A stretch of DNA of 64,000 nt, from contig JAZQAZ010000010.1 in assembly GCA_045545475.1 (NCBI GenBank), forward strand, positions 107,590-171,589, read 5' to 3'. The notes beneath the pieces were generated by a model. That model was given only the letters and a program-made list of their open reading frames with translations. It was not told the origin of the DNA and did no database searches. Below, piece after piece: positions 52,075-61,754 of this stretch (position 1 is the first letter of the stretch; the number at the start of each line of letters is the position of its first letter). The translations under genes were made by a program, and so were the position numbers. The DNA comes from Clostridia bacterium. GTDB lineage: Bacteria > Bacillota > Clostridia > CAKSNL01 > HGM11501.

Positions 52075-52219
52075 AATTTATTCTTATATACTGGACGAAA
52101 AAAATATTTGTAGACTCGTCCGTAAGTCATTCTGACGACGGCATTTTCTGTAAAATGCCTGCGGAAGAATCTCTTTATCAATGTAACAACACCGTAAATC
52201 CGGCAAAAAAGGAGAATTT

Positions 52220-53272
52220 ATGAAAAAAGTTTTATGCTTGCTTGTTATAGCATTTACACTTATAACTTCAAATATCGCTTTGACAAATTCCTATGTTACA
52301 ATGTATGCCTTAGACGGCAGAACCATAAGTGTCCCGGAAGAGGATATAAACAAATGGAAGGCAGTAGGCTGGTACGCCCTAGCACCTGTTACGATGTATG
52401 CACTTAACGGAAAAGAGATAAAGGTGCCTGCAGAAAAAGTCAGTGCATATGAAAAAGTGGGCTGGTATCAGACCCCGCCTGCAACAGTTTATGCTCTTGA
52501 CGGAAGGGTTAAAAATGTGCCGCAGGACAGGGTTGAGGACTATGTAAATGTAGGCTGGTATAAAGAAGTGCCTGTTGCGATGATTGCGAGAGACTATAGA
52601 ATAATTTATGTACCGGCAAACGATGTGGAAGCCTACAAAAAGGTCGGATGGTTTGTACGGATTCACCCCTCGGAATATGGAGCGGTGTATGCGAAAAACA
52701 TACAAGATATAATAGAGAAATATGGCAAATTTGAGCAAGGCGGAACAAAAGGATTAAGATATGGGGTGCTTATCGATTTTGAGAGAGATATGGTTCCGGA
52801 ACTGGTGCTTCTTCACGATTTGAAAGTGAAAGTATACCGGTACCATGACGGAGTTTCCTCTGAAATTTACAGTGCAGATGTAGGATGCAGATACGGACAA
52901 ACTGATGTTTCTTACACTTTCGGACTTAATGATACTGCCGAGATTCCTTATTTAATAACATATCATAGCGAGAATGAGTGGACAGAAGAAAATATGGAAA
53001 TATTCACATTAAAGGATGGAACTACGGAAATAACTACTATGTTTGCAAAAACTACGGGAGTTGATAAGGGGTTCGAGATATTGGATGCTATGATTGATGG
53101 ACGATATGTAAGCGGAAAAGAATATGTCATTGAGAAAGAAAAATTAAGTTCCGGCCTAATTAGTGTCTTCGCTTCAGGTATAGGTGATGGCGGAACTTAT
53201 GACCGGGGATGGGATTTTTTGTGGGCAACTGAAGATGAACTTGATGCATTCTTAAGGCAATTTGGACTATAA
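52220..53272 (+). CDS. Secreted protein with four ~30-aa N-terminal repeats
   Basis: Signal peptide; repeats of vtmYAlDGr...Vp...v..y.kVGWy. Confidence 0.75.
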   Translation: MKKVLCLLVIAFTLITSNIALTNSYVTMYALDGRTISVPEEDINKWKAVGWYALAPVTMYALNGKEIKVPAEKVSAYEKVGWYQTPPATVYALDGRVKNVPQDRVEDYVNVGWYKEVPVAMIARDYRIIYVPANDVEAYKKVGWFVRIHPSEYGAVYAKNIQDIIEKYGKFEQGGTKGLRYGVLIDFERDMVPELVLLHDLKVKVYRYHDGVSSEIYSADVGCRYGQTDVSYTFGLNDTAEIPYLITYHSENEWTEENMEIFTLKDGTTEITTMFAKTTGVDKGFEILDAMIDGRYVSGKEYVIEKEKLSSGLISVFASGIGDGGTYDRGWDFLWATEDELDAFLRQFGL

Positions 53273-53349
53273 GAGAAAAAGCCTGTGGTTAAGAGATATA
53301 AAGAAAGAACTTGACATTCTCTGCGAAATAAAGTCAGAAGAAATCAAAA

Positions 53350-53622
53350 ATGCATTTATTAAAGAATTTTATAAAGAAGATAAATCAGTATAAGGGGACG
53401 TTGTATCATAATGCACAGTGGGATAAGCTCTTTGATATGGGCGAAAAATTCCTCCAATTAAAGGCTGTTACTCCGAAAATTTTCTATATATGGGGCCATG
53501 CTTATGAATTCGACATCTATCCCGAACGCTGGAAAAAATTCGAAGAATTCCTTGAAATGATGAGCGGTAACTCCGATATATTTTACGGAACAAATATAGA
53601 GGTATTTAAGTATCTTTTGTAA
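53350..53622 (+). pseudogene. C-terminal fragment of a polysaccharide deacetylase
   Basis: FYIWGHAYEFD...IFYGTN motif without the N-terminal catalytic region. Confidence 0.6.
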
Positions 53623-53756
53623 ATGAAAATCCCTGTCCGTGGTAAACGGACAGGGATTTTTTATGCCAAGGTTTGTGCTGAAAGTAACAACAAAAAGAAT
53701 AAATGCATATTATGTAAACGGGGATATACCCCGAAAATCTAACAAGGAGAGTTTTT

Positions 53757-54005
53757 ATGAAATCAGAACATTTCATGTACGGAATGACTCCTTACATGTC
53801 AAATATGCAATGTGACATTCCATATACGGCAGACGCTCTCTACGGTGCAAAGCTCGCATACAGTTATGTTCCTTATCAACGTGGGGGAGCAATGTATACC
53901 GAATGCGAAGCACTAAAGGAAGGAACAGTATTTCCTGCACTTAATAAACCTTTAGGAGTATACGGTCTTGAGTTCTGCTCCGCATCAAATGAGGAGGATA
54001 ATTAA
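53757..54005 (+). CDS. cotJA: Spore coat protein CotJA
   Basis: LAYSYVPYQ...EALKEGTVFPALNKP. Confidence 0.85.
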   Translation: MKSEHFMYGMTPYMSNMQCDIPYTADALYGAKLAYSYVPYQRGGAMYTECEALKEGTVFPALNKPLGVYGLEFCSASNEEDN

Positions 54006-54368
54006 ATGGAAAACTCATTAAAAGAAAAGCTTACAAAGCTTCAGGAAATCGATTTTGTGCTTGCCGATATAAAGCTTTATCTTGATACACATCCCTGTGA
54101 TACAGCAATGCTGATGAAATATTGTATGTATGCACAGAAATCTATGATGCTCAGAAATGAGATAGAAACAAGATATCGCTATCCCTTAACTGCAAAAGCA
54201 GCGGCAGCTTTCGGTCCGAAATTCGGATGGATAAATTCCCCTTGGCCTTGGTGCGGAAAAGAACCTAAATCAATTGACGCAACATTCAATCCCTGCCAGG
54301 CGGAAACTTTGGAAAACGAATGTACTTGCTCATGTGAGTGCGAAACTGAAACGGAGGTATGCAATTAA
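54006..54368 (+). CDS. cotJB: Spore coat protein CotJB
   Basis: DFVLADIKLYLDTHP, WINSPWPW. Confidence 0.88.
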   Translation: MENSLKEKLTKLQEIDFVLADIKLYLDTHPCDTAMLMKYCMYAQKSMMLRNEIETRYRYPLTAKAAAAFGPKFGWINSPWPWCGKEPKSIDATFNPCQAETLENECTCSCECETETEVCN

Positions 54369-54994
54369 TGTGGTATTATGAAAAGAAACTTCAGAAACCT
54401 ATTTCCATAAAGCACACCAATCCCGAGCTTGCAAAGGTTATAATAAGTCAGTACGGTGGGCCTGATGGGGAACTCGGAGCAAGTCTTCGTTATTTAAGTC
54501 AGCGTTTTTCGATGCCGAACGATGTATGTAAGGCCATCTGTAACGATATTGGAACAGAAGAACTTGCACACTTAGAGATGGTTGGATCTCTTGTTCATCA
54601 GCTTACTAAAAATATTTCTTGTGAAGAAGTTAAAAAAAGCGGATTTTCCGATTACTTTGTAGACCACGGTACAGCTGTTTATCCTGTTTCAGCATCAGGT
54701 GCACCCTGGACCGCGGCATATATTCAGTCTTCAGGAGATGTCATTGCCGACCTAACAGAAAATCTGGCGGCAGAACAGAAGGCTAGAAAGACATATGATA
54801 ATATTTTAAGACTTTCAGACGATCCGGATGTAAACGAAGTAATAAAATTCCTTCGGGCAAGAGAAATCGTCCATTTTCAGCGTTTCGGTGAAGCACTCAG
54901 AACTGTTCAGGATATGCAGGATTGCAAAACGGTTTTTGCAATGCGAGAGGCTGCTTCGTGTGCTTGCATGAACAAAATGACCTATAAACAATAA
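54368..54994 (+). CDS. cotJC: Spore coat protein CotJC (Mn-catalase family)
   Basis: MWYYEKKLQ, QYGGPDGE, DIGTEELAH, REIVHFQRF. Confidence 0.92.
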   Translation: MWYYEKKLQKPISIKHTNPELAKVIISQYGGPDGELGASLRYLSQRFSMPNDVCKAICNDIGTEELAHLEMVGSLVHQLTKNISCEEVKKSGFSDYFVDHGTAVYPVSASGAPWTAAYIQSSGDVIADLTENLAAEQKARKTYDNILRLSDDPDVNEVIKFLRAREIVHFQRFGEALRTVQDMQDCKTVFAMREAASCACMNKMTYKQ

Positions 54995-55166
54995 TTAATA
55001 AGAATTGAAGTCAGGTGATACGACTGTATTGCCTGACTTTTTAATTTGTATGGTGCTAAGAATGAGCGATTAACCAAAATGCACAAAAAAGAGTTGCAAA
55101 AAAGGTTTATCTATGGTAAAATAGTATGTGTTTGAAAAAACTTTCTAAAAAGAAAGGATTGATAAA

Positions 55167-55517
55167 ATGAAATTGTCAGAAGTTGTAGAAATTTTAGGGG
55201 CTAAGGTGCTTACAGGGGAGGAAGCACTGGATATTGAAGTTGCCTCGGCTTGCGGTTGCGATCTTATGAGCGATGTACTTGCTTTCGTTAAAGACAGAGC
55301 ACTGCTTTTAACAGGTCTTATGAATCCTCAGGTAGTGCGTACCGCAGAAATGATGGATATTACAGCCATCGTTTTTGTTCGCGGAAAAGAACCGGATGAA
55401 TCCATTATTGAAATGGCTAAAATGAAAGATATGGTAATTATGACTACCGATCTTCCTTTGTATATAGCTTGCGGAGAGCTTTACTCCAAAGGCCTTACCG
55501 GAAAAAAGAGGGGGTAA
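55167..55517 (+). CDS. DRTGG domain protein
   Basis: DLMSDVLAF, LLTG..NPQVVRTAEM; upstream promoter TTGCAA-17-TAAAAT. Confidence 0.85.
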   Translation: MKLSEVVEILGAKVLTGEEALDIEVASACGCDLMSDVLAFVKDRALLLTGLMNPQVVRTAEMMDITAIVFVRGKEPDESIIEMAKMKDMVIMTTDLPLYIACGELYSKGLTGKKRG

Positions 55518-55521
55518 GGAA

Positions 55522-55953
55522 ATGGATGCTCTGATGAAATATCATTACGAGGTAGACGGCAGTGATTTCACACGGGCAGGGGAAACCTCCAGCAGCGTAA
55601 AAAAGATACTCCGTAGTATGGGATTTTCTCCGGAAACCATACGCCGTGTTGCAATCGCCATGTATGAAGGAGAAATTAACATGGTAATTCATGCAAACGG
55701 CGGAACTATTGATGCGTATATAGATCCGGATAAAATTACTATTGTTATGGCAGATACAGGACCGGGAATTAAAGACATATCTCTTGCAATGCAAGAGGGG
55801 TATTCTACGGCAACAAGCCGGATAAGAGAGCTTGGCTTTGGTGCCGGAATGGGAATTCCGAATATGAAGAAATATTCCGATGAGATGGATATTGATACCA
55901 AAATAGGAGTGGGGACTACCCTGACTCTTACCTTTTACCCGGACAACGAATAA
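55522..55953 (+). CDS. Anti-sigma-factor-like Ser/Thr kinase (HATPase, RsbT-like)
   Basis: YEGEINMVIHA, DTGPGI, GFGAGMG. Confidence 0.88.
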   Translation: MDALMKYHYEVDGSDFTRAGETSSSVKKILRSMGFSPETIRRVAIAMYEGEINMVIHANGGTIDAYIDPDKITIVMADTGPGIKDISLAMQEGYSTATSRIRELGFGAGMGIPNMKKYSDEMDIDTKIGVGTTLTLTFYPDNE

Positions 55954-55964
55954 ATACGAAGGGA

Positions 55965-57281
55965 ATGGGTTCTTTAATGGATAAATACTGGCATTCTGTC
56001 AGGCTGGAAAGAGAATCTTGTCAAGGATGTACCAACTGCCTTAAGTCCTGCCCAACTCAGGCAATAAGAGTGCAGGGAAAAAAGGCCAAGGTATTGAAAG
56101 AAAGATGCATTGATTGCGGTGAGTGTATAAGAAAATGTCCTTATCATGCAAAAAAAGCATACACAAGTAGTCTTTCGGAGCTTGAAAAATTTAAATATAA
56201 CGTGGCATTGATTGCACCGGCTTTTTATGGGCAGTTCTCCAAGGCGGAGAGTATTGATGAAATACTTACGGCTGTTCTTAAGCTGGGATTCGATGATGTA
56301 TTCGAAGTAGCAGCAGGAGCGCAAGCGGTAAGCAAGAAAACCAAAGAACTTTTAGAATCGGGAGAACTTCTTACTCCGACGATTTCATCGGCTTGCCCGG
56401 CCGTGATGAAGCTTATTGCGATTATGTTTCCGGGCCTTATCGGCAATATAATACCGCTTAAGTCTCCGATGGAGATTTCGGCGGCTGAAGCAAGACGGCT
56501 TGCTGTAAAAAAGACAGGCTTAATGCCGTCTGAAATCGGAATATTTTTTATAAGTCCATGTGCAGCTAAAATGACAGCTGTTTACGACGATGCAGAAAAC
56601 GGCCATACTGATGTTGACGGCGTTTTATCGATAAAGGATATTGTGCTGGTCATGGCTCAGCATGGGTTTGGAAAAATAGAAGAAATTAAACCTTTATCTT
56701 CTGCCGGAAGGTCGGGTGTTCTTTGGGCAACAACAGGTGGTGAAGCTGAATCTTCGGGAGCTGAAAAACATATTGCTGTAAGCGGAATTCAAAATGTAAT
56801 AAAGCTTCTTGCAGATATTGATGACGGCAAGCTTTCTGATATAGAATTTGTCGAAGTTCTTGCGTGTGACGGAGGCTGCGTTGGCGGCCCTCTTGTTATG
56901 GAGAATCCCTTTGTTGCTTCTTCAAGAATCAAGAGACTTTGTCATGTGGAAAGTGATGATGTCGATTTGATTTCTAAGGATGCTGAACTTTTCTGGGATC
57001 ATCCTGTGATTTACAGACCTGTAATGAATCTTGATTCCGACAGAATGGAAGCAATGAAAAAAGCCATAAGACTTGAGGCACTTTATGAAGAATTTCCCAA
57101 GTTGGACTGCGGTTCCTGCGGTTCTCCGACTTGCCGTGCTCTGGCAGAAGATATTGTGCGTGGCTATGCTGTTGAGACTGACTGCGTATTTCTCCTCCGT
57201 GAAAGAGTTAAAGAGCTTACCAGGCAGATGGTTGAGCTTGAAGGTAAGGAATGGAGAACGGATTCAGGGCAGGAAGATTAA
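55965..57281 (+). CDS. [FeFe]-hydrogenase-like Fe-S protein (putative sensory or regulatory)
   Basis: 2x 4Fe-4S motifs; degenerate H-cluster motifs SSACP, SPCAAK, ACDGGCVGG; C-terminal LDCGSCG. Confidence 0.85.
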   Translation: MGSLMDKYWHSVRLERESCQGCTNCLKSCPTQAIRVQGKKAKVLKERCIDCGECIRKCPYHAKKAYTSSLSELEKFKYNVALIAPAFYGQFSKAESIDEILTAVLKLGFDDVFEVAAGAQAVSKKTKELLESGELLTPTISSACPAVMKLIAIMFPGLIGNIIPLKSPMEISAAEARRLAVKKTGLMPSEIGIFFISPCAAKMTAVYDDAENGHTDVDGVLSIKDIVLVMAQHGFGKIEEIKPLSSAGRSGVLWATTGGEAESSGAEKHIAVSGIQNVIKLLADIDDGKLSDIEFVEVLACDGGCVGGPLVMENPFVASSRIKRLCHVESDDVDLISKDAELFWDHPVIYRPVMNLDSDRMEAMKKAIRLEALYEEFPKLDCGSCGSPTCRALAEDIVRGYAVETDCVFLLRERVKELTRQMVELEGKEWRTDSGQED

Positions 57282-57300
57282 TTTTAGAAAGGTGAGTTAG

Positions 57301-57633
57301 ATGAAAGTATCTGAATTAGCGGAAAAAGCCGGTTTTACCTATGGAAGTGGGGCAGAGGTGCCAGATAAGCAAATAAAAGGCTGTTATATCGGTGACCTTT
57401 TAAGCCTTGCGATGGCGAAGGTTGATGTTGATAACGCCTGGATAACTATTCAGACTAATATAAACGTAGTTGCAGTTGCGTCGCTTAAGGAAGCAGCTTG
57501 TGTAATTGTTGCCGACGGATTTCATATTGACGAAACCGTAAAGGCAAAGGCTGAGGCCGAAGAAATAATTATTCTTGAATCTGAGCTTTCAGCCTATGAT
57601 ATTGCTAAAAAACTTGCGGAATACGGCATATGA
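57301..57633 (+). CDS. DRTGG domain protein
   Basis: YIGDLLS, WITIQTN.NVVAVA. Confidence 0.82.
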   Translation: MKVSELAEKAGFTYGSGAEVPDKQIKGCYIGDLLSLAMAKVDVDNAWITIQTNINVVAVASLKEAACVIVADGFHIDETVKAKAEAEEIIILESELSAYDIAKKLAEYGI

Positions 57634-58328
57634 AGCTATACTACGATTTACACATTCATTCGGCACTTTCACCTTGCGGGGATAATGACATGACGCCTAA
57701 CAACATCGTGAATATGTCTATTATCAAAGGGTTGGATGTTATAGCGATTGCCGATCACAATTCTGCAGGGAATGTGAGGGCTGCATTAGAAGTTGCCGGG
57801 GATAATATCCTTATAATTCCGGCAATGGAAGTCACTACTTCGGAAGAAGTACATGTTCTTTGTTATTTCCCGGATGTAGACAGTGCGGAAGACATGGGAG
57901 CGTTTATTTATTCGCATCTTCCCGATATAAAAAACAGGACGGACATTTTCGGAAATCAGTATTATATGAACTCTGAGGATGAAATTATACGGGAAGAAGA
58001 AAAACTTCTGGTAAGTGCTACGGATTTAAGCATATACGATGTGGCCGAAGAAGCTAAAAAGCGGGGAGGAATAATGGTCCCGGCACATATCGACAAAGCA
58101 AGCTACAGCGTTCTTGCAAACCTGGGATTTATGCCTCCGGATTTACCGATCACGGTGGTTGAAATTACAGAGAAGAAGCGGGATGAATTAAAGGAAGAAT
58201 ACGGCAAATTCAAGATAATCACCGATTCGGATGCCCATTATCTTGAAAATATTGCAGAACCTTCATATCAATTAGATATTTTAAACAAAAATCCGAAGGA
58301 TTTCATTGAAAGTTTGTCAAAAATTTAA
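57630..58328 (+). CDS. PHP domain phosphoesterase
   Basis: DLHIHS, DHN, EEVH, AHID, DSDAH. Confidence 0.9.
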   Translation: MKLYYDLHIHSALSPCGDNDMTPNNIVNMSIIKGLDVIAIADHNSAGNVRAALEVAGDNILIIPAMEVTTSEEVHVLCYFPDVDSAEDMGAFIYSHLPDIKNRTDIFGNQYYMNSEDEIIREEEKLLVSATDLSIYDVAEEAKKRGGIMVPAHIDKASYSVLANLGFMPPDLPITVVEITEKKRDELKEEYGKFKIITDSDAHYLENIAEPSYQLDILNKNPKDFIESLSKI

Positions 58329-58387
58329 CTGAAATATTTTCAAAAATTTATAGATTTTTGTCGAGGAATTTGTTATAATTATAACGA
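58314..58387 (+). promoter_or_regulatory. Two candidate Rex operators and a promoter for the hydrogenase operon
   Basis: TTGTCAA-AAAT-TTAACTG (58314-31) and TTGTTAT-AATT-ATAACGA (58370-87, overlapping TGTTATAAT), compared with the clostridial consensus TTGTTAA-N4-TTAACAA. Confidence 0.55.
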
Positions 58388-58476
58388 TGTACTTTTTTAA
58401 GTCAAAGTCTGTGTATTTTTTAGAGGAACTTAGAAAGTGTACAGACCATTAAATAAAAATAACAGGAGGTATTGTT

Positions 58477-58962
58477 ATGGAAAAGAAAGGTGTTGCTTTT
58501 AACGGCACAAAAGAGCAGGAAAAGAAGCTCAGAGCTGTTATAGAACAACATAAGGGCCAGGCAGGCGCAGCAATTCCCGTACTCCATGAGGCACAGGAAA
58601 TCTACGGATATCTTCCCATTGAAGTACAAGAGATTATTGCAGAGGGTCTCGGAATATCCTTAGCTGATATTTACGGTATCGTTACCTTCTATGCAAGATT
58701 TACACTCAATCCCAAGGGAGATTATAACCTTGCAGTATGTCTCGGTACAGCTTGCTACGTTAAGGGTTCCGGAGACATTATTAACAAAGCACAGGAAATT
58801 TTAGGTATTGGCGTAGGTGAATGCACAGCGGACCGTAAGTTCTCCATTGAGGCTACACGTTGCATCGGTGCATGCGGTCTTGCTCCGGTAATGACCATTA
58901 ATGACGACGTTTACGGAAGAATCACCGCAGACGACGTTCCCGGAATTATCGCTAAATATTAA
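58477..58962 (+). CDS. hndA: NuoE-like 2Fe-2S hydrogenase subunit (HndA/HydC)
   Basis: CLGTACYVKG, CIGACGLAP. Confidence 0.88.
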   Translation: MEKKGVAFNGTKEQEKKLRAVIEQHKGQAGAAIPVLHEAQEIYGYLPIEVQEIIAEGLGISLADIYGIVTFYARFTLNPKGDYNLAVCLGTACYVKGSGDIINKAQEILGIGVGECTADRKFSIEATRCIGACGLAPVMTINDDVYGRITADDVPGIIAKY

Positions 58963-58964
58963 TT

Positions 58965-59516
58965 ATGAGAGAGATATCGTTACACATTCTGGATATCGCA
59001 CAGAACTCTGTTACGGCAAATTCTTCTCTGGTTGAAATTACAGTGGAGGAAAATGAAAAAGCGGATACGCTTTCCGTTATAATCGCTGATAATGGCAAGG
59101 GAATGAGCGAAGAGATGGTTAAAAGAGTGGTTGATCCTTTCACTACCGGAAGGACAACAAGGAAAGTCGGCCTTGGGATTCCACTTATTAAAATGGCGGC
59201 GGAAAACACGGGCGGAAGTTTTAACCTTGAATCAAAGCTCGGTGTCGGAACGACTCTTACAGCGGTGTTCGTTTTAAGCAGTATTGACCGTCAGCCCTTA
59301 GGGGATATGGCAGAGACAATGCTCGGCATGGTAACGAGCTATGAAAACGTTGATTTTCTATATGTACACAAAGTAAACGATAAAGAATTTACACTTGATA
59401 CAAGGGAAATCAAGAAGATATTGGGCGGCGTTTCTCTTTCGGAGCCGGATGTCTATATGTGGCTTTCGGAATATCTTAAAGAAGGGGAAAGCGAGCTCAC
59501 CAATAAGGAGATTTAA
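58965..59516 (+). CDS. HATPase (histidine kinase-like) protein
   Basis: LDIAQNS, DNGKGM, DPFTT.RTTRKVGLG. Confidence 0.88.
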   Translation: MREISLHILDIAQNSVTANSSLVEITVEENEKADTLSVIIADNGKGMSEEMVKRVVDPFTTGRTTRKVGLGIPLIKMAAENTGGSFNLESKLGVGTTLTAVFVLSSIDRQPLGDMAETMLGMVTSYENVDFLYVHKVNDKEFTLDTREIKKILGGVSLSEPDVYMWLSEYLKEGESELTNKEI

Positions 59517-59543
59517 TCTTCTTAAAGAAAGGATGTATAATTA

Positions 59544-59912
59544 ATGAAGAGTTTAGCAGAACTTCAGGCAATAAGAAATAAGACAATCAATAATGTTGTT
59601 ATGAGAAAAGAAGGCGACAATATCCGTATAGTTATCGGTATGGCAACTTGCGGTATTGCAGCAGGTGCACGTCCCGTTATGAACGCTTTTATGGAAGAGA
59701 TTTCCAAGCGTGGATTAAGTAACGTTGCAGTAACTCAGACAGGTTGCATCGGCGTATGCAGACTTGAACCCATCGTTGAGGTTTATATGCCCGGCGAAGA
59801 AAAGGTTACCTATGTTAAGATGGACGCTAAAAAGGCTGTTGAAGTAGTTGCAGAGCACATCGTTAACGGCCGTGCGGTTAACCAGTATACAATCGGCGCT
59901 GCCGAGAAATAA
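59544..59912 (+). CDS. hndB: Thioredoxin-like 2Fe-2S ferredoxin subunit (HndB/HydD)
   Basis: GMATCGIAAGA, TGCIGVC..EP. Confidence 0.85.
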   Translation: MKSLAELQAIRNKTINNVVMRKEGDNIRIVIGMATCGIAAGARPVMNAFMEEISKRGLSNVAVTQTGCIGVCRLEPIVEVYMPGEEKVTYVKMDAKKAVEVVAEHIVNGRAVNQYTIGAAEK

Positions 59913-59942
59913 TATTCGTAAGGAGAAAGGATCGGTGTTAGT

Positions 59943-61736
59943 ATGGATATGGTAAGAGGACACGTTCTGTGCTGTGGCGGTACAGGCTGTACATCTTCCG
60001 GCAGCGAAGGTATAATAGCTGAAATGGAAGAACAGCTGAAGGTTTTTGGCCTTGATAAGGAAATCAAGGTTATTAAAACCGGATGCTTCGGTCTTTGCGC
60101 ATTAGGTCCCATCGTGGTTGTATATCCCGAAGGCGCATTCTACAGCAGAGTAGAAAAAGAAGACGTAAAGGAAATAGTTGAGGAACATCTCTTAAAGGGA
60201 CGTATTGTTAAGAGACTCCTTTATTCTGAGACAGTTGAAGAAGATAACATCAAGAGCCTTAACGAAGTTGGCTTCTACAAGAGTCAGAAGAGAGTAGCTC
60301 TCCGTAACTGCGGTGTTATCGACCCCGAAAACATTGACGAGTATATCGCAATGGACGGTTACCAGGCACTCGGTAAGGTTCTTACCGAAATGAAGCCTCA
60401 GGAAGTTATTGATGTTGTTCTGGCATCAGGCTTAAGAGGACGTGGTGGTGCAGGCTTCCCCACAGGAAGAAAATGGCAGTTTACTGCAGGCGCACCCGGC
60501 AAGCAGAAGATTGTTGCATGTAATGCCGACGAGGGTGACCCCGGTGCATTCATGGACAGAAGCGTTCTGGAAGGCGATCCCCACTGTCTTATCGAGGCAA
60601 TGGCAATTGCAGCTTATGCAGTTGGCGCTGACCAGGGTTATATCTATGTAAGAGCAGAGTATCCCATCCCTGTTAAGAGATTGCAGATTGCAATAAATCA
60701 GGCAAAGGAATACGGTCTTTTAGGTAAAAACATCTTTAATACAGGCTTTAATTTCGACCTTGAAATCCGTCTTGGTGCAGGTGCATTCGTATGCGGTGAA
60801 GAAACTGCTCTTATGCGCTCCATCGAAGGACACAGAGGTGAGCCCAAGTGCAGACCTCCGTTCCCCGCAATCAAGGGATTGTTCGATAAGCCCACTCTTC
60901 TTAACAACGTTGAAACCTATGCAAACATTACTCAGATTATCTTAAACGGTGCTGAATGGTTTGCTTCCATGGGTACAGAGAAGAGCAAGGGTACAAAGGT
61001 ATTCGCACTCGGCGGTAAGATTAACAACACAGGTCTTGTTGAAATCCCCATGGGTACAACACTCCGTGAAGTTATCTACGAAATCGGCGGCGGTATTCCC
61101 AACGGCAAGAAGTTTAAGGCTGCTCAGACAGGCGGACCTTCCGGCGGATGTATTCCTGCTGAACACTTGGATGTTCCCATTGACTATGATAACTTAATAG
61201 CAATCGGTTCCATGATGGGTTCCGGCGGTCTTATCGTAATGGACGAAGATACTTGTATGGTTGACATAGCTAAGTTCTTCCTCGAATTTACAGTTGATGA
61301 ATCCTGCGGTAAGTGTGCACCCTGCCGTATCGGTACAAAGAGAATGCTTGAAATTCTTGAAAAGATTACCGAAGGTAAGGGAACACTTGAAGATATCGAT
61401 ACTCTTGAAGAGCTTGCTTCAACAATCACAACAAGTGCTTTCTGCGGACTTGGACAGACAGCTCCCAACCCCGTACTCAGCACACTTCGCTACTTCAGAG
61501 ACGAGTATATCGCTCACGTTGTTGATAAGACTTGTCCTGCAGGCGTATGTAAGAAGCTCGTTCGTTATGAAATCGAAGCTGACAAGTGTAAGGGTTGCTC
61601 CGCTTGTGCAAGAAAGTGCCCCGTTGGTGCAATCACAGGCGAAATCAAGAGTCCTTATACAATCGATCCCAATAAGTGTATTAAGTGCGGCGTATGTATC
61701 GATACATGTAAATTCGGCGCAGTAGTGAAGAAATAA
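59943..61736 (+). CDS. hndC: NuoF-like NAD(P)H/FMN-binding hydrogenase subunit (HndC/HydB)
   Basis: GRGGAGFP, NADEGDPG, GAGAFVCGEET, ESCGKCAPCRIG, 2x 4Fe-4S at the C-terminus. Confidence 0.92.
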   Translation: MDMVRGHVLCCGGTGCTSSGSEGIIAEMEEQLKVFGLDKEIKVIKTGCFGLCALGPIVVVYPEGAFYSRVEKEDVKEIVEEHLLKGRIVKRLLYSETVEEDNIKSLNEVGFYKSQKRVALRNCGVIDPENIDEYIAMDGYQALGKVLTEMKPQEVIDVVLASGLRGRGGAGFPTGRKWQFTAGAPGKQKIVACNADEGDPGAFMDRSVLEGDPHCLIEAMAIAAYAVGADQGYIYVRAEYPIPVKRLQIAINQAKEYGLLGKNIFNTGFNFDLEIRLGAGAFVCGEETALMRSIEGHRGEPKCRPPFPAIKGLFDKPTLLNNVETYANITQIILNGAEWFASMGTEKSKGTKVFALGGKINNTGLVEIPMGTTLREVIYEIGGGIPNGKKFKAAQTGGPSGGCIPAEHLDVPIDYDNLIAIGSMMGSGGLIVMDEDTCMVDIAKFFLEFTVDESCGKCAPCRIGTKRMLEILEKITEGKGTLEDIDTLEELASTITTSAFCGLGQTAPNPVLSTLRYFRDEYIAHVVDKTCPAGVCKKLVRYEIEADKCKGCSACARKCPVGAITGEIKSPYTIDPNKCIKCGVCIDTCKFGAVVKK

Positions 61737-61754
61737 GAAAGGGAGTGGATTATC

